This document shows, piece by piece, positions 46,801 through 61,800 of a DNA stretch of 64,000 nt (positions are counted from its first letter, which is position 1; the number at the start of each line of letters is the position of its first letter). Origin of the DNA: Laetmonice hystrix (lineage: Eukaryota); assembly GCA_965235115.1 (NCBI GenBank), contig OZ249441.1:7998001-8062000 (forward strand), given 5' to 3'. Under the pieces are notes generated by a model, which did no database searches, was not told where the DNA came from, and saw only the letters and a list, made by a program, of their open reading frames with translations. The position numbers were made by a program, and so were the translations under genes.

Positions 46801-49800
46801 ACGCCCTCATGCCCCATCACTTCCTCAATGACGCACATTCTCCATCTACAAAATGAGCGCCGCGCGTTGCGGTGTCGCGCATGCGCACATTTGGCTTCAC
46901 TGCTATCCTGACCCCTACAGGTCACCACCCCGATCTATACGCACGCCATGTCAAACTCTATACAGTTGTACAATGAGGGTTAGTCCAGACTGGTGGTCAA
47001 ACTGGCAAAGAAAACTTTCTCTCCGACAAACTCTTCTGACAGATGTTGATTAAGAAAGTGCATGTTTAGAGACCCACTGACTGATGCTCCTCATGTGAAG
47101 GTCGGGCCTGTGGCGACATTAACGGGATCAGGAAGCAGTTAGTGGAATCAGTCATGGCAGTCCATCCGGCTAAAGCTCTGATGCACTAATACGAACGCAT
47201 GCCTTTGTACGTGTGTCTGGGAAAAAAACAAGCTTGTAATAGAAATCGACCAAATCATGTGACGACTCATGGACATGTTGGACTTCCTCCAGTCACAGGA
47301 TGATCCACAGTGAGACTGACTGGCGGTCTCCCACGCTGGCCAAGGAAACTTTTCCAAATAACCTTTGATAAACAAAGCGAGAGCATGGCTGATGATCTAT
47401 TTGGTCTATTTCGTTTACAGGAACGTTTTGCCACCTTCCAGTGTAAGATTGTGTTTCGTTCCTGCTTTCCGACTTGAAACACTTCATTCGTAAAGATGTG
47501 ATTCTCATTGCGCCTGCGCAGTGTGGAATGGGTGTATGCGTGATTCTGCAGCTTTGTAAACATGCTGAGCGCGCGTGTGATGATTAATCATGGCTTAATC
47601 TGGCGCTTGTACGCATGCGTAGCGATTCGCGCCTGCTTTCATGACTGTAGCGCCCCCTGGCAGATAATTCAATACTATTTCATGACGTAGCGTTGTAAGG
47701 CGTCCCGTATGATAGTTAAATAATGACATACAAAGAAAGGCATTGGTGGCAGTAGCTGGTCGAGTTTAGAACATTCCCAGATATGCTAACCATGTTTAAA
47801 CCTGAACAATCAGGCGCCCTTTTTGGATCCCGTGAAGGAAATGGTAACCAAGGTGAAGGTAGTGACCTTAACCTATTGACCTTTCAGTGGGTAAGATCCC
47901 CTTGGACGGAGTTTGTAATTATCGCGATGTGTGCGAAGACCTAAACGCGAGGTGCACTGCCGGAAAGTGCAAGTGTGTGCAAGATTACTACGCCCGTGAC
48001 GGCGTCTGTAGTAAGTGACCCTTTCATAGTGACGTCATCATCATTATGACGTCTGATTGCTGTTTTTAAGCTTTTCCGTTTTCAATCTATGGTAACTTAG
48101 CTTTGCTATGCATTTATTAAAATGTATGCTGACACAGTGAAATGATAAGTGTGGTAATAGAGGTCATGTATTTTGCATCATGGCCCCCAAGTATGGTTAC
48201 GGTGTACTTGCCCTTTCAACAGTAATGGTCTTACAGGCCTACAACATGTAATGCATTTCGCAGATTATATTTTAAATTTCATTAATTTTTGCCAAAACCT
48301 TTGCTGTAAGAGTATTCATCCTATCTTATCTTTTTTCTTCGCATTATCGATTTACGTTTGACGTCGACCTGTGAGTAGACTATACGTGGGTTACTAATAT
48401 CGTGTTAAATGTTTATGCTATGTCATGTTTTCCCTGAGTTTGTTAAACAAGGTGTGACGGTGAGAAATGTTTGATAAGTTTTGTCCTTGGTGAACCAGAT
48501 GTCAGACTTCCACTGAACGTGGACGGTTGTCAAGACGACGACGACTGCGCAGATCCCAATGCGCATTGCGTCAACGGCATTTGTGTCTGTAAACCGCCAT
48601 TCTACGAGAAAAACATGAAATGTGGCAAGTTAACCTCTGTCTCTCAGTCTCTCTCTTTCTTTCTCTTCTGATATTGAGACACCACCTTTGAGACACCCCC
48701 TGTATGCCAATTGAGATGCCCCCTTTGTGCCCACAGAGCCGCGCGGTTACCTTGACGTGCCCTGCCTGCCCGGCTCGTCGTGCATACAGGCCAGGACAAC
48801 GTGCGACACCAGCACCGATATATGTGTCTGCGAGGAACAATACTATCCCAAACAGAGCAAATGCAGTAAGGCCAGAAAAACGTTTTATTTACGGAGAGTA
48901 ACCTTTCAAAAGCAAGAGAAGATAAGTCAAGTCTCAAGTCGCCAATGCTTCACAAACAAGTATCAAATCAAGTCACTCCAAGACTTGCGACTCAAGCCAA
49001 AATTAATTTTAACTCTGCTCATGAACCTGCACCAGAAGGATCCCGATTTTTAAGACGGCTAGAACCGTGCCGACCCACCCTGTCCCGAAGTACCCAGCCT
49101 GAGACTGGCGTGTTTGTGTTTCAGTCGACAAAGTCCCACTCCGGTACCCGTGTGGTCCTGTGGACGTATGTAAGGATGACAACGCCCAGTGTAGCAACGA
49201 TGGCACCTGTCAGTGTACACCCGACTTCTACGAGTCGGAGGGACAGTGCAGTAAGTGGACTTCTCTGGGTACTCATTCATGTTCTTTTGTTTAACGTTCA
49301 GACAGCGGAGGGTATCAAATTCACATACCAATGTTGTCGGAGTAAACGTTGAAAAAGTTGGAGAGGATTGGGAAGGCCATATTCACGTTAACACACTGCT
49401 TTAACTCGAAAAGAGTTGCAAGATTTGAACTCGGTCGCTACGAGTGCGTTATGCTTCCATATTTTATGCATAATATAACTTTAAGTTAGCGGTGCCAGCG
49501 TGTGCTTAAAGGTAATAATGTATCTGTTTAAGAACCCCGGGGCCGACTGACCGTACCCTGTCTGCCAGGAGGACGCTGCCTTGACGCTAATACCATGTGT
49601 GACCAGGGATTCTGTATCTGTGCACCCGGCTACTTCATGAAGGACAAGTCGATATGTAGTAAGAATAGTCTTACATTCTTTATCTCACACGGAGCCGCAG
49701 TGCTAGTACTTATTGTGTACTTTCACCTATTAACCTAATTAAAATATAAAAGACGGTAGATTAGTGTGATTCATCAGGTATTTTAGTTTTCATAACCGAC

Positions 49801-52800
49801 ATTGTATCATAACTAAAGGCTTTACTTTACACAGAGGAGCCTGATGGGATTCTATTGTGTCCTTGACCTACCGCCGTAACCTTTCCCATGAATTCGTTGC
49901 CCTCTGCTCCTGCTGGTCCCCTGCCCCTCCTTTTCTTCTCTCTTTCCCCTCCCTTTCCCCTCCCCACTTCCCCGTCCTGTTCCCCATGAATGCCTTGGTC
50001 ATATTGCAAGTATCCTGTCTGACCTCCAGAGCCGTACATCCCGCTCTTCTACCCGTGCGAGGACGGAGACATCTGTGAGGACAAGAATGGCGAGTGTCAG
50101 GGAGACCGGTGTCTCTGCAAAATACGTTTCTTCCACGAAAAAGGCGTCTGTAGTAAGTATAGCATCTGTCATGTAGACTGTATATTGTGTGTGTGGAAGG
50201 GGGGACACAGCCTTCGTAAGCTCCGAATACTAATAGGTCATTTTGAACGCTTACTCGTGGATACGACGTCAAGTACTTACATGAGGAGCTACGTGACTTC
50301 TGGTAGTGGTCTATCAGACGTCACCATGTCCTGTTTCCGGGCGTGGTCCAGTGCTCAGTCGGCCCTAACCATGTATTTATAATTCCAGAGCCCAAGGGTA
50401 AGCTGGACACGCCATGCCTGCCTGGTGACGTATGCACGGACGCTCTGTCAACATGTGACGAGTCCAAGATTTGTGTTTGTCAGGATACGCACTTCATGAG
50501 GAACCAGCAGTGTGGTACGTAGGCACACTCTGCAGTCCATCCCTTCTCGCCTTGTCATGCTCGGGGTCATGCATGTTGGCAATGTTTAGAGATATCATTA
50601 GATAGAGAAAGAAAGAAAGAGACGTTTGTATCAAAGTTGAGTGTTTTCTGGTAGCTAACCCCTTCCCGCTGCCCACAGTTCGCAAGGTGCCTCTCGGTGA
50701 CCTGTGCTCCCAGGGTGACGTGTGCGCAGATACGAACGCTGGTTGCACGGGCGGACGCTGCACGTGTCGCAAAGAATACAACAAAGATGGCGACATCTGC
50801 AGTGAGTTGATTCAATTTTGTAGCGTGTGTCACTAACTTCATGGAATCGTATTCCGTAAAACTCGTTAGTTACGCCACTCCCCATCCATCGTGTTAATAG
50901 ACCGCCATTGACCTTGAAATTGACTGTTCGCATTGTGACGTATTTCCGTTTCCGTTTGCCAGCCCAGGCCGGACGTCTCAACTCTCCATGTCTCTCAGAC
51001 GGCCGCTGTCTGGACTCCAACTCTGCCTGTCAGAACAACCGCTGTCAGTGTGCCACTGGGTTTTTCTATAAGGAGGGAAGCTGCAGTAGGTCATACACAC
51101 ACCTCTTCACAGTTAATCTAGACATGGAAACATGGAAACATTATTTGGCTATAAACGGAAGTAAGGCCTAGAGTCTACATGTTCGTTCAAGGAGGGTATT
51201 TAAAGTAGGTATCATAAAGCCCAGAGTATAAAGACAGAGCCTTTTATGACTGTTTACATATTGCCCCCCTCAGAACGGCGGATCCCACTGAACCAAGCCT
51301 GTGACATTGAGGACACCTGTGAGGACGCTTACGCGCAGTGCCGAACCGGAACTTGTTTGTGTCGCGACGAATATTTCGACGATAACGGAATGTGCCGTAT
51401 GTAATGCAATGCTTCATGGCCCTTCTCGCCATGAAACTTAGACTATGTATGTAGCGCCTATAAAAGCTCATTTCTAAGTTTTATTGTTTTGGGATAAACT
51501 TGTCATGTACGGCACCTATCAAATCTCCCACCATATATCGCCATGGTAACCAATGTATCCAACCCAAACCCATTACATATCAATATAATGCATTTCATAC
51601 AAAGAACAAGAATTTTTGATTTTAAAAAATGTTAAGATATCTTTATGGGAAATTTATGTCTGCCGGTGCTGCTGAGGTCCCTATTTTTCTCTGAGACTGA
51701 TACACTCTCCATGACCTGCATTCTGACTGTTACATTCTCTGTGACCGATACACCGTGTGACCGTTACAGATGAGAAAGGTCATTACAACACGCCGTGTCT
51801 AGAGGGTCGGGAGTGTATTGACAGTGATGCCGAGTGTGTGGCCGGTCAGTGCAGGTGTCATTCGGACTTCTACTTTAAGGACGGCTCCTGTGGTGAGTAG
51901 GCCAACTCAAACCAAAACCGGAGCCAGGTAAAAATTTCCAGGAGAGCTCTAACAAAACCGGTTCCGATGATGGTCATGAAATTAAAGAATTAAACCATTG
52001 TACTCTCCGATGACTGCGGCGATTGTTTCCCAATATTTTAATCACCCACCAACACATTTGACATGCCTGATGCCAAACTTAAATATAACCCATTATATTA
52101 TCCCTTTCATAATAGACAAAAAGGAAACACACCGAAAATGGAAAAGTTCTCCAATGAAGCGTCTGTGAACCCGAACGAGGCAACTTTTAGGGTAGAACAG
52201 GTCAAAAGTTCAATATTACAAGGAGATATTTTGAGATCGTTTCCTCTGATTTATTTTTCTCTCTCCAGTGCCCAAGAAGCGGTTGGGGAGCGTGTGTGGA
52301 GAAGGAGATATCTGTATGGATGAGAATGCCCTGTGTACGGACGGTCACTGTAAATGTAGACCTTCCTTCTACGAGGACGGCACCAACATCTGCAGTAAGT
52401 AACAACCTTTATCTTCTAGTCATCTTGAGTTGTCAAGGTGCATCGCGCATCCTGCATTCTACCCCTTGAGCTCAGCCCAGGCTAAACTGGCAGAAGTTGA
52501 CCTTGAGGTCAACCTTATGAATATTAATGGGACCTGCCATCGTCGTCATAGACTCACCACCCACACTAAACGGTCCTCACCGAAGGCTTACTTCTCGCAA
52601 AAATGCCTGATAGCTTTCTCAGTTGCAAGCAGGGCCGTTAGCCCACCTTTGACCCTGAGGGGTTGTTCACAGGGTCAACAAGATTATCGATGGCTGATTA
52701 TGGGATGTTAGCAATGGTCACAATGACGGCATTGTGAAAATAGACACGCTCCAATGAAACAGTACTAGTCACATGATGAGTAGATCTATGTTCTGTAAGG

Positions 52801-55800
52801 TCGCCTTATACCTTATACATAAACATGATCTATATAGATGATATCAACAGGATCCTAGGACAGACAAGAACATCTGATTTAGCACGGGGTAATTTTCATT
52901 TATTCCTATTTCCCCCCTCCAGAGCCCAAGGGTCACATTAACACCCCGTGCCTACCGGATGGCAAGTGTCACGATCGTAATGCCGAGTGTCACAGTGACG
53001 TCTGCGTCTGCGGATCGGATTTCTTCGAGAAAAAGGGCATTTGCCGTAAGTAGGAACGCGTTTCCGGCTCTACTTTTACGACTTTGGTTCACTTTGAAAG
53101 TAACGTAATATATAGGTGGTGTAAAATTGGAAGTGATTAGAGTAATTGACGAGGACTTTCCTAACCGCACATTGACTCCACAATTTCTCCACATTGACTC
53201 CACAATGACTCCACACCGCCTCCACATTGACTCCACATTGACTCCACATTGACTCCACATTGACTCGTGCCTGTAGGTCCTAAGATCCGGCGGGATCATT
53301 TCTGTGAGACGGGAGACGTCTGTGCCACAGAGAACGCTGAATGTCGAGGCGGAAAGTGTGTCTGCATGGAGGGTTACGGACCCGAGGCCGGCGTCGACCG
53401 CTGTGGTGAGAGATTCTCATTCTTTTTCTTATCCTTTTACTTCTCATTCTCCTCGTCCTCTTCTTCCCCATTCTTCTTCTTTTGCTGCTTTTTCTTGTTC
53501 TGTTTCTGCTAAATAATGAATATTGTCCCCATCATTGTGATCTGATTGCGGTTTTAATTTGATGATATCATTAAATCTTGTAATTTTATTGTCAGTTCGA
53601 TTAAATAATCCCACATGACTACCTCGGATGATTAGCGTCCCGTTACTTGACCTCAGTAACCTCAATGTACAGATATTTTATGATTGATCTAGTTGCCCTT
53701 GGTGGTTTGAACAACCCGTGCCTGCCGGATAACATGTGCCTCGACAAGTATGCCGAGTGTAACGGTCTCGTATGTCGGTGTCAGGCCACCCACTTTGAAA
53801 AACTCGGTATTTGTGGTAAGTGAACCAATAACCTTTCAAATTATTGTCTCTCAATATTACGGTTTCGATGTTCTAAGGTCATGTTCTCAGCCACAGCGGC
53901 AACATAGTGCAATGTGAACCTCACAGAATATACATAATAGTTAACCCATAATAGAGCCCTCATCAACTGCATGCATGGTAGGCCTTTTTTATGGGGGCGG
54001 GGGTGCCAGTTTTTGAAGTGGTTGTGAGTGACTGTTTCCTATTTGTAGGACCTAGTCCTTTAACATTTACACCACATTTGTTCAGCCGTTTCCGTTTCCG
54101 TTTGCAGTGCCTAAGATTCCACTAGATGCGTCCTGCGGGGAGGGCGACCAGTGTCTCGATCCCAGCGCTGAGTGTCGTACTTCTTCCTGTCGGTGTCGGC
54201 GCGAATTTTATCCCATCGATGGCGTCTGTCGTAAGTAACACGTCGAGAAAAATTCATTTTTTAATTAAACAATTTTACGAACGATCGAAATAATATTTCG
54301 GTTTGTAGAGCCGTATAATCGTTCATATTTTCATACCAATCTCCAGGTAGCCCTATCAGTTTGTTGTTGTGAGAAAAACTTGTGTGTTGTGTGACCAGGT
54401 GCCCGGGGTCGACTGAATGCTCCCTGTCTAAGTGAAGACATATGTCTGGATACCAATACTGTCTGTGACAGTAACATCTGTACCTGTGGATCTGACTACT
54501 ACGAACGTGACGGAGTCTGCCGTGAGTCTATAATAACGCAATTACCGCGCTCTCTGTCCCTTTCTGCTTTTGTCTCATTTTAATTCTCTAAAACATGTAC
54601 TGACCACTGCTCAGCTCCATCAGTGGGGCCCCTTTTAAGATCATGTTTTTTATGCATAGGGAGGAGTGGGGGGATGTTAGAATTCCCTATTACATGCTAA
54701 TGGCTCCCTTATTATTTCCCTATTTCGTGGTTTTTAAAATGACCCTAATGTGTTATTTACCATTATGTGTAAATTCATTGTGTGTAAATTACCATTGTGT
54801 GTACTTCCCCACAATATGTAAATTACCATAACGTGTACAACCTGAGCCTTTGTTATAAATGCAGACCCCAAGATCCCGCTGTCGGACGCGTGCACCATTG
54901 GGCGTGACGTGTGTAAAGATCATAACGCCATATGTAAAAACGGGCGGTGCGAATGTAAAGATGGATATCGCGAGGGTGACGGCGCCGAGAGTAAGACCTG
55001 TGGTAAGTGTCACATCATGCCCCCCCCCCCCCCCCCCCCACGGCTGACGGCGCCGAGAGTAAAACCTGTGGTAAGTGTCACATCATGCCACCCCCCACCC
55101 CCCCTGTGAAAAAAAATCCATCTTGTACATGTACATGTACCTATAGACAGGAAAATAACAGCTGAAACTGGAAATGGAGAGATAGAACACACTCCATACA
55201 CTTCTAACTGTGGCCTGCGTTTGTTCCATTCAATTCCTATGTTAAAACAATAAGACCTTACCTGTAACTAATTCATATCTAGCTCTGTCTATGAGTATTA
55301 ACTAATCTATATCTAGCTCTGTCTATGAGTGAGTATTAACTAATCTAGGCCGATATCTAGCTCTGTCTATGAGTATTAACTAATCTAGACCTATATCTAG
55401 CTCTGTCTATGAGTATTAACTAATCTATATCTAGCTCTGTCTATGAGTATTAACTAATCTATATCTAGGTCTGTCTATGAGTATTAACTAATCTATATCT
55501 AGCTCTGTCTATGAGTATTAACTAATCTATATCTAGCTCTGTCTATGAGTATTAACTAATCTATATCTAACTCTGTCTATGAGTATTAATCCGATCCTGA
55601 TATTTCTGTCTAATCGAACATGGTAAGCCAGGGGCTATTAGACGTGGCTGATTATTTAGAGATTATACCCCGATATGTATTCCTCTGCACTCTCCAGCTT
55701 GGCCCAGATTTCATTCACAGAATACGATAATAAACTACACATGTATCTAATGGCGGCAGTGCCCCCCCCCCCCCCCCGCGACGTGATGCCGCGTTCTGCC

Positions 55801-58800
55801 GCAGGGGGCGCTGCAGTCATACCTGACATTGTTCTGTGTATCATGTTGACAGCTCAGGTCATGCGTGCTTCAAATGATTTACACGTAATCAGTTCAACTC
55901 TACACCTTTTTCTATAGCTGGCTAGCTCCTCTACATGACATTGTGTTGTTGAATATAGGTCAATCACCTCCGTCAATTTGGGAGGAGGCCCTATACGTTT
56001 AAGCCCTGGGGGAGCCTTTTAGAAATTTGATTTTATTTGTTGAAAATATTATGTATATTAAGACCTAAGTTCAAATACGATAATGGCAAAACATTTGGTA
56101 CTTAATTTTGGAATAACAGTTGACGCTTTATAGCCCTGCATGCTATGAAATGTGACTGTTGTAGTTTATTACCAAATGGTGACCTCCCGACCACCAGGGT
56201 CACGACCACATTGATCATTATGATGAGATTTGATTGTAAGTTTGACGGTAGTTGTGATGTTTTCAGTATCCACCCTGAAGCGAGGTTCACCAGATGCACC
56301 CTGTCTGTCTGAGAGCATATGTATAGACACCAACTCGGCGTGCGCGTCTGGCGTCTGTCGTTGTAATCCTGGATACTACCCCCAAAACGGACAGTGTCGT
56401 GAGTACAACTGAGTCGTTCTCGTCTGCCAGCCACAGGGCAGACGCATTGATCGACCATGTGTCTTAACTTTCCTAACTTAAAGTGACAAAACAATTCAAA
56501 ACATTACAATAAAACTGGATACCAATTCGTTATAAAACGATATAATTAATTCGATAAATCCCATTTAATGCGTGGTTCATTTTGACAGTACAACGAAAGC
56601 CGCTTGGATCGCGGTGTATGGACAACGCTGAGTGTCGGGACAACAACGCCATCTGTCGGGAGAATATATGCAAATGTCTGGACGCCTTCTACGAGGAGAC
56701 GGGCGAGTGTCGTAAGTTTCTACTCCCTCATTACAAGCCAAGTTCCTACTCCCTCATTACAAGCCAAGTTCCTACTCCCTCATTACAAGCCAAGTTTCTG
56801 CTCCCTCATTAAAAGCCAAGTTTCTGCTCCCTCATTACAAGCCAAGTTTCTGCTCCCTCATTACAAGCCCAGTTTCTGCTCGCTCATTACAACCCAAGTT
56901 TCTGCCCCCTTATTACAATCCAAGTTTCTGTTCCCTCATTACATGCCAAGTTTCTGCTCCCTCATTACAAGCCAAGTTTCTGCTCCCTCATTACAAGCCA
57001 AGTTTCTGCGCGCTCATTACAAGCCCAGTTTCTGCTCCCTCATTACAAGCCAAGTTTCTGCTCCCTCATTACAAGCTCAGTTTCTGCTCCCTCATTACAA
57101 GCCAAGTTTCTGCTCTCTCATTACAAGCCAAGTTTCTGCTCCCTCATTACAAGCCAAGTTTCTGCTCCCTCATTACAAGCCAAGTTTCTGCTCCCTCATT
57201 ACGAGCCAAGTTTCTGCTCTCTCATTACAAGCCAAGTTCTGCTCCGTCATTACAAGCCAAGTTTCTGCTCTCTCATTACAAGCCAAGTTCTGCTCCCTCA
57301 TTACAAGCCAAGTTTCTGCTCGCTCATTACAAGCCAAGTTTCTGCTCCCTCATTACAAGCCAAGTTTCTGCTCCCTCATTACAAGCCAAGTTTCTGCTCC
57401 CTCATTACAAGCCCAGTTTCTGCTCCCTCATTACAAGCCCAGTTTCTGCTCTCTCATTACAAGCCAAGTTTCTGCTCCCTCGTTACAAGTCCAGTTTCTG
57501 CTCTCTCATTACAAGCCAAGTTTCTGCTCCCTCATTACAAGCCCAGTTTCTGCTCGTTCATTACAAGCCAAGTTTCTACTCCCTCATTACAAGCCAAGTT
57601 TCTGCTCCCTCATTACAAGCCAAGTTTCTGCTCCCTCATTACAAGCCACATGGTAGCAGCAACGTTTAGTTTGGGAATTCTGGCGGTTCATATACGCTCA
57701 GAGACAATATCATCATTGTTTTGGGTGGATTGGGTCGTGATTTTCTTTTATAAAGAGGAAAGTTTATTTAAGAATAAATGCAATTATAATGTACGTGTAG
57801 AGTCTATATATCTCGATCGGGAAAAGGTCAGGGCGGGATTTTAAAGTATCTGTCAAAAGGAGGGTCCAACGGGGTCAACAATGGTAAAACTTGGTGCCAA
57901 GGAGGAGGTCATTATTGTACATGAGGATTTTTGTGGACAGGGTCGCGGGGTCGATACGGAGGGCCGTGTCTGGAGCCTGAGAAACACTGCCTGGATACGA
58001 ACACGATCTGCCGCCAGGACATCTGTCTGTGTCAGCGAGGGTACTACCGCAGTCTGGGACAGTGCAGTAAGTCTAGATACATGTTACCGGCTTCAGCCGC
58101 ACCGGTGGTCAGTCTTGGCCCAGGCAGTATCTCTGAGGCCAGGCTGTAAAAGTCTGAGGCCAGGCTGTAAAAGTCTGAGGCCAGGCTGTAAAAGTCTGAG
58201 GCCAGGCTGTAAAAGTTTGAGGCCAGGCTGTAAAAGTTTGAGGCCAGGCTGTAAAAGTCTGAGGCCAGGCTGTAAAAGTCTGAGGCCAGACTGTAAAAAT
58301 CTGAGGCCAGGTTGTAAAAGTCTGAGGCCAGGCTGTAAAAGTTTGAGGCCAGGCTGTAAGTCTCAGCCCACGTGCAGTATAGGTCTTGATTGCAGGTGTA
58401 CTGCGCCTCCAACCATGTTTGAATTTTGCATTGTTCTAGCTCCCAAGGTGCCGTTAGGTGAGGCATGTAGCAGTATCGACGTGTGTAACGACACATACGC
58501 CGAGTGCCATGGTGTCTGTGCCTGCCAGAAGGGTAGTACGAACCTGGGAGGTTACTGCTGTGAGTAGGCCGATATTAATACATTCTCTTACTTATCAATC
58601 ATCTCAGGGGAAGCCTTGGTCCGTAAAATCTCCACAGGGTATTTATAATTATACGAGGATTAGAAGACCAGGACCAGCTTTCACCCTGTTAATTAGCCTA
58701 ATAAATGTCAGTGTGAAAACAAGACATTTGAGATAGCTTTGTTTTAATAGCATTAAATTCCAATAAAATGAGACTTCCGCCTGTTTCTGCATTAAAACAT

Positions 58801-61800
58801 TAAATTATTGTTAGAACTAGCATTGAGTGGTACACTGTCTACTTTCTACGTTCCTATACACCACGGGAATCAAGTCAAAGACGGCTGGTATTGGCAGACA
58901 CCAAACTTAATGCTCTGATTTCAACTTGCCCACTGCCATTTTACAACCGTGTCCAATGCAAGCGCCAGATTCCTCACATATTTCTGTAACAGCAAGCTGT
59001 TTGAAGGTCACTGACTTTAGTTTAATGATGAAGTTTTGATTGATGTTTCTAGCTGAACCTAAAAGCCCCTCCCACACACTCTGTGGACCGAATGGTGTCT
59101 GTTCGGATCCCAACGCTCAGTGTAACAATGAGGTGTGTGTATGTCGTCTTGGATTCTTCCTGAAGAACTCCATTTGTAGTGAGTAGAGTCTTTTCATTAC
59201 CATCCTATGCAAGAAAAGGATTCATGTGGTACTTTCTATTCTCCAATAAATTTAGATCTATCTTCATGCGTTAAAATTTCGAAGGTTTCGTTTGCTGTTG
59301 CCGGTTTCTCCGTATCATGAAAGGGGCGCATGGTGGTTGCTAACCGGGGGTCCTGCTGAAATCTTTCTCCAATCCCATGTCCTGTATGTAGGTCTACATG
59401 TGTCGCCTGTCCCGCTTTCCTAATAGACCATGTCCCGTTTTAGCAGGTTTAAAAATTCCTTGTCCTGAATCCCGGAGCCAGGTGCTAGCCGACCCTGGCA
59501 TCCCGAAAAAAGCCGCCCTCTTTTACTATAATCTCACGTTGTTGTATGTTCTTCCAGCCCCGAACGTTCCGCTGAATTCACGCTGTGACCCGACAGACAT
59601 CTGTGCCGATACTAACGCCGCTTGTCGGAGCTACGCCTGTCTCTGCAATGACAACTTTTACGAACGCTACGGAGTCTGTCGTAAGTCTGTTGGTCTCCCG
59701 TGACGTCATCTCACTCTCACGTCACAAATGTAGTCGCTGTGACGATAACAATTTCCTGCTCCGTTTTAGCGGCTGACGTATTGTCTCCTGACGAACTCTC
59801 TTTGGCTTTCAGTTCCGAAAGGACGGCTGAGTGCTCCTTGTCTAGACAACCAAGTTTGTACAGACGCCAACACTCTGTGTAGCCGAGGTGTTTGTGTCTG
59901 TACCTCCGACACTTACGACAAGAACGGTCTGTGTGGTAAGTACATGGAAACAATGATCTCAGTAACTGGTCAGTGGGGTCAGAGGGACAATGAGATGGCT
60001 TCTATTCAAGGACGGATCTAGGACGGATGGAAGGGGCTCGTTGCCCCTGGGTCTCTCCTGATTCCTTATAAAGGTGCTCCTCTATATTGTGGTCCGTGTG
60101 GCCCAGGCCCTTTAATGATGTTACAAATACTACATACATAGGTCCTCTGGTATCTCTGTTAGCGTATCGTAGCGCTCTATGTGCCCCTTACTGTATATTT
60201 ACAGTACCCAAGAGTCGGGTATCAGAAGCCTGTAGCAGCCCCAACCAATGTGCTGACGACAACGCTGTGTGTAAGGATGGTTCCTGTGTCTGTAACGACC
60301 CTTACATCGACAGACAGGGCGACTGTGGTAAGTATATAACACCGCTATCTTATACATCAGTCTTGTACAATCATTGGCTCCAGAACAGAAAAAGTACATT
60401 TGCCAATTGGGTCATTTCAGTTTGAATGACAGTCTCATGTTACCATCATGTTACCATCATGTTACCATCACGTTACCATCATGTTACCATCACGTTACCA
60501 TCATGTTACCATCATGTTACCATCATGTTACCATCATGTTACCATCAAGTTACCATCATGTTACCATCATGTTACCATCATGTTACCCATCATGTTACCC
60601 ATCATGTTACCCATCATGTTACCATCATGTTACCATCATGTTACCATCATGTTACCATCATGTTACCCATCATGTTACCATCAAGTTACCATCATGTTAC
60701 CATCAAGTTACCATCATGTTACCCATCATGTTACCATCAAGTTACCATCAAGTTACCATCATGTTACCCATCATGTTACCATCATGTTACCATCATGTTA
60801 CCCATCATGTTACCATCATGTTACCCATCATGTTACCATCATGTTACCATCATGTTACCATGGGGGATCGACCCAGTCTAACGTGTGTCTCCGTGACCAT
60901 GCTATGACAGTGTCGCTGGGAGCTGGAGGGACACTAGACGCTCCCTGCCTGGATGGTTCCTGTTCTGTCACCAACTCTTACTGTAATCAGCGCGTCTGTA
61001 AATGTCTGCCGGACTTCTTCGAGAAAGGGGGACAGTGCGGTAAATATAACAACCATTTTAAACACGGTGATTTCTATCATGAGGTTTTATATAAGTGATC
61101 AGGAAGACGATGTTAATGAGATTGTAACAATAGCGTCATATGTCCTCAAAACGACAACACCTCTCTTTAGCAAGAAATGGCGTTGTCTACATTCCAGTTC
61201 ATCAAGTTATTAACGAATTTATAACAACTGGTATGAAAACAAAGTAGTAAGAACTGTTTGAGTGTGATTTTGTTCTCCGTACAGTCCCCAGGATTCCGCT
61301 GAGAGGTCCCTGTTCTCATGGAGAATTCTGCCATGATCCTAACAGTGAATGTAACAACGGAGTTTGTCAGTGTGCGCCTGGATTCTTCGTCGGCATCGAG
61401 ACTGGCACCTGCGGTACGTAACTTTACATGTCAGGGACCTGCGGTACGTACCGGTAACTTTACATGGCAGGGACCTGCGGTACGTACCGGTAACTTTACA
61501 TGGCAGGGACCTGCGGTACGTATTGGTAACTTTACATGGCAGGGACCTGCGGTACGTACCGGTAACTTTACATGGCAGGGACCTGCGGTACGTACCGGTA
61601 ACTTTACATGTCAGGGACCTGCGGTACGTAACTTTACATGGCAGGGACCTGCGGTACGTACCGGTAACTTTACATGGCAGGGACCTGCGGTACGTACCGG
61701 TAACTTTACATGGCAGGGACCTGCGGTACGTACCGGTAACTTTACCGGTGGTCCCTCAGAGATCGGCGGAGCAAGACTTTGCGGTGTCAAATGACAAGGG

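Noticed and set aside
56604-57656. 350-aa ORF, and similar repetitive ORFs at 4648-5250, 44244-44783, 57881-58567, 60448-61098 and 61318-61794
   Set aside because: These are read-throughs of intronic minisatellites; the peptides cycle through frames of the repeat unit and lie between well-defined exons.
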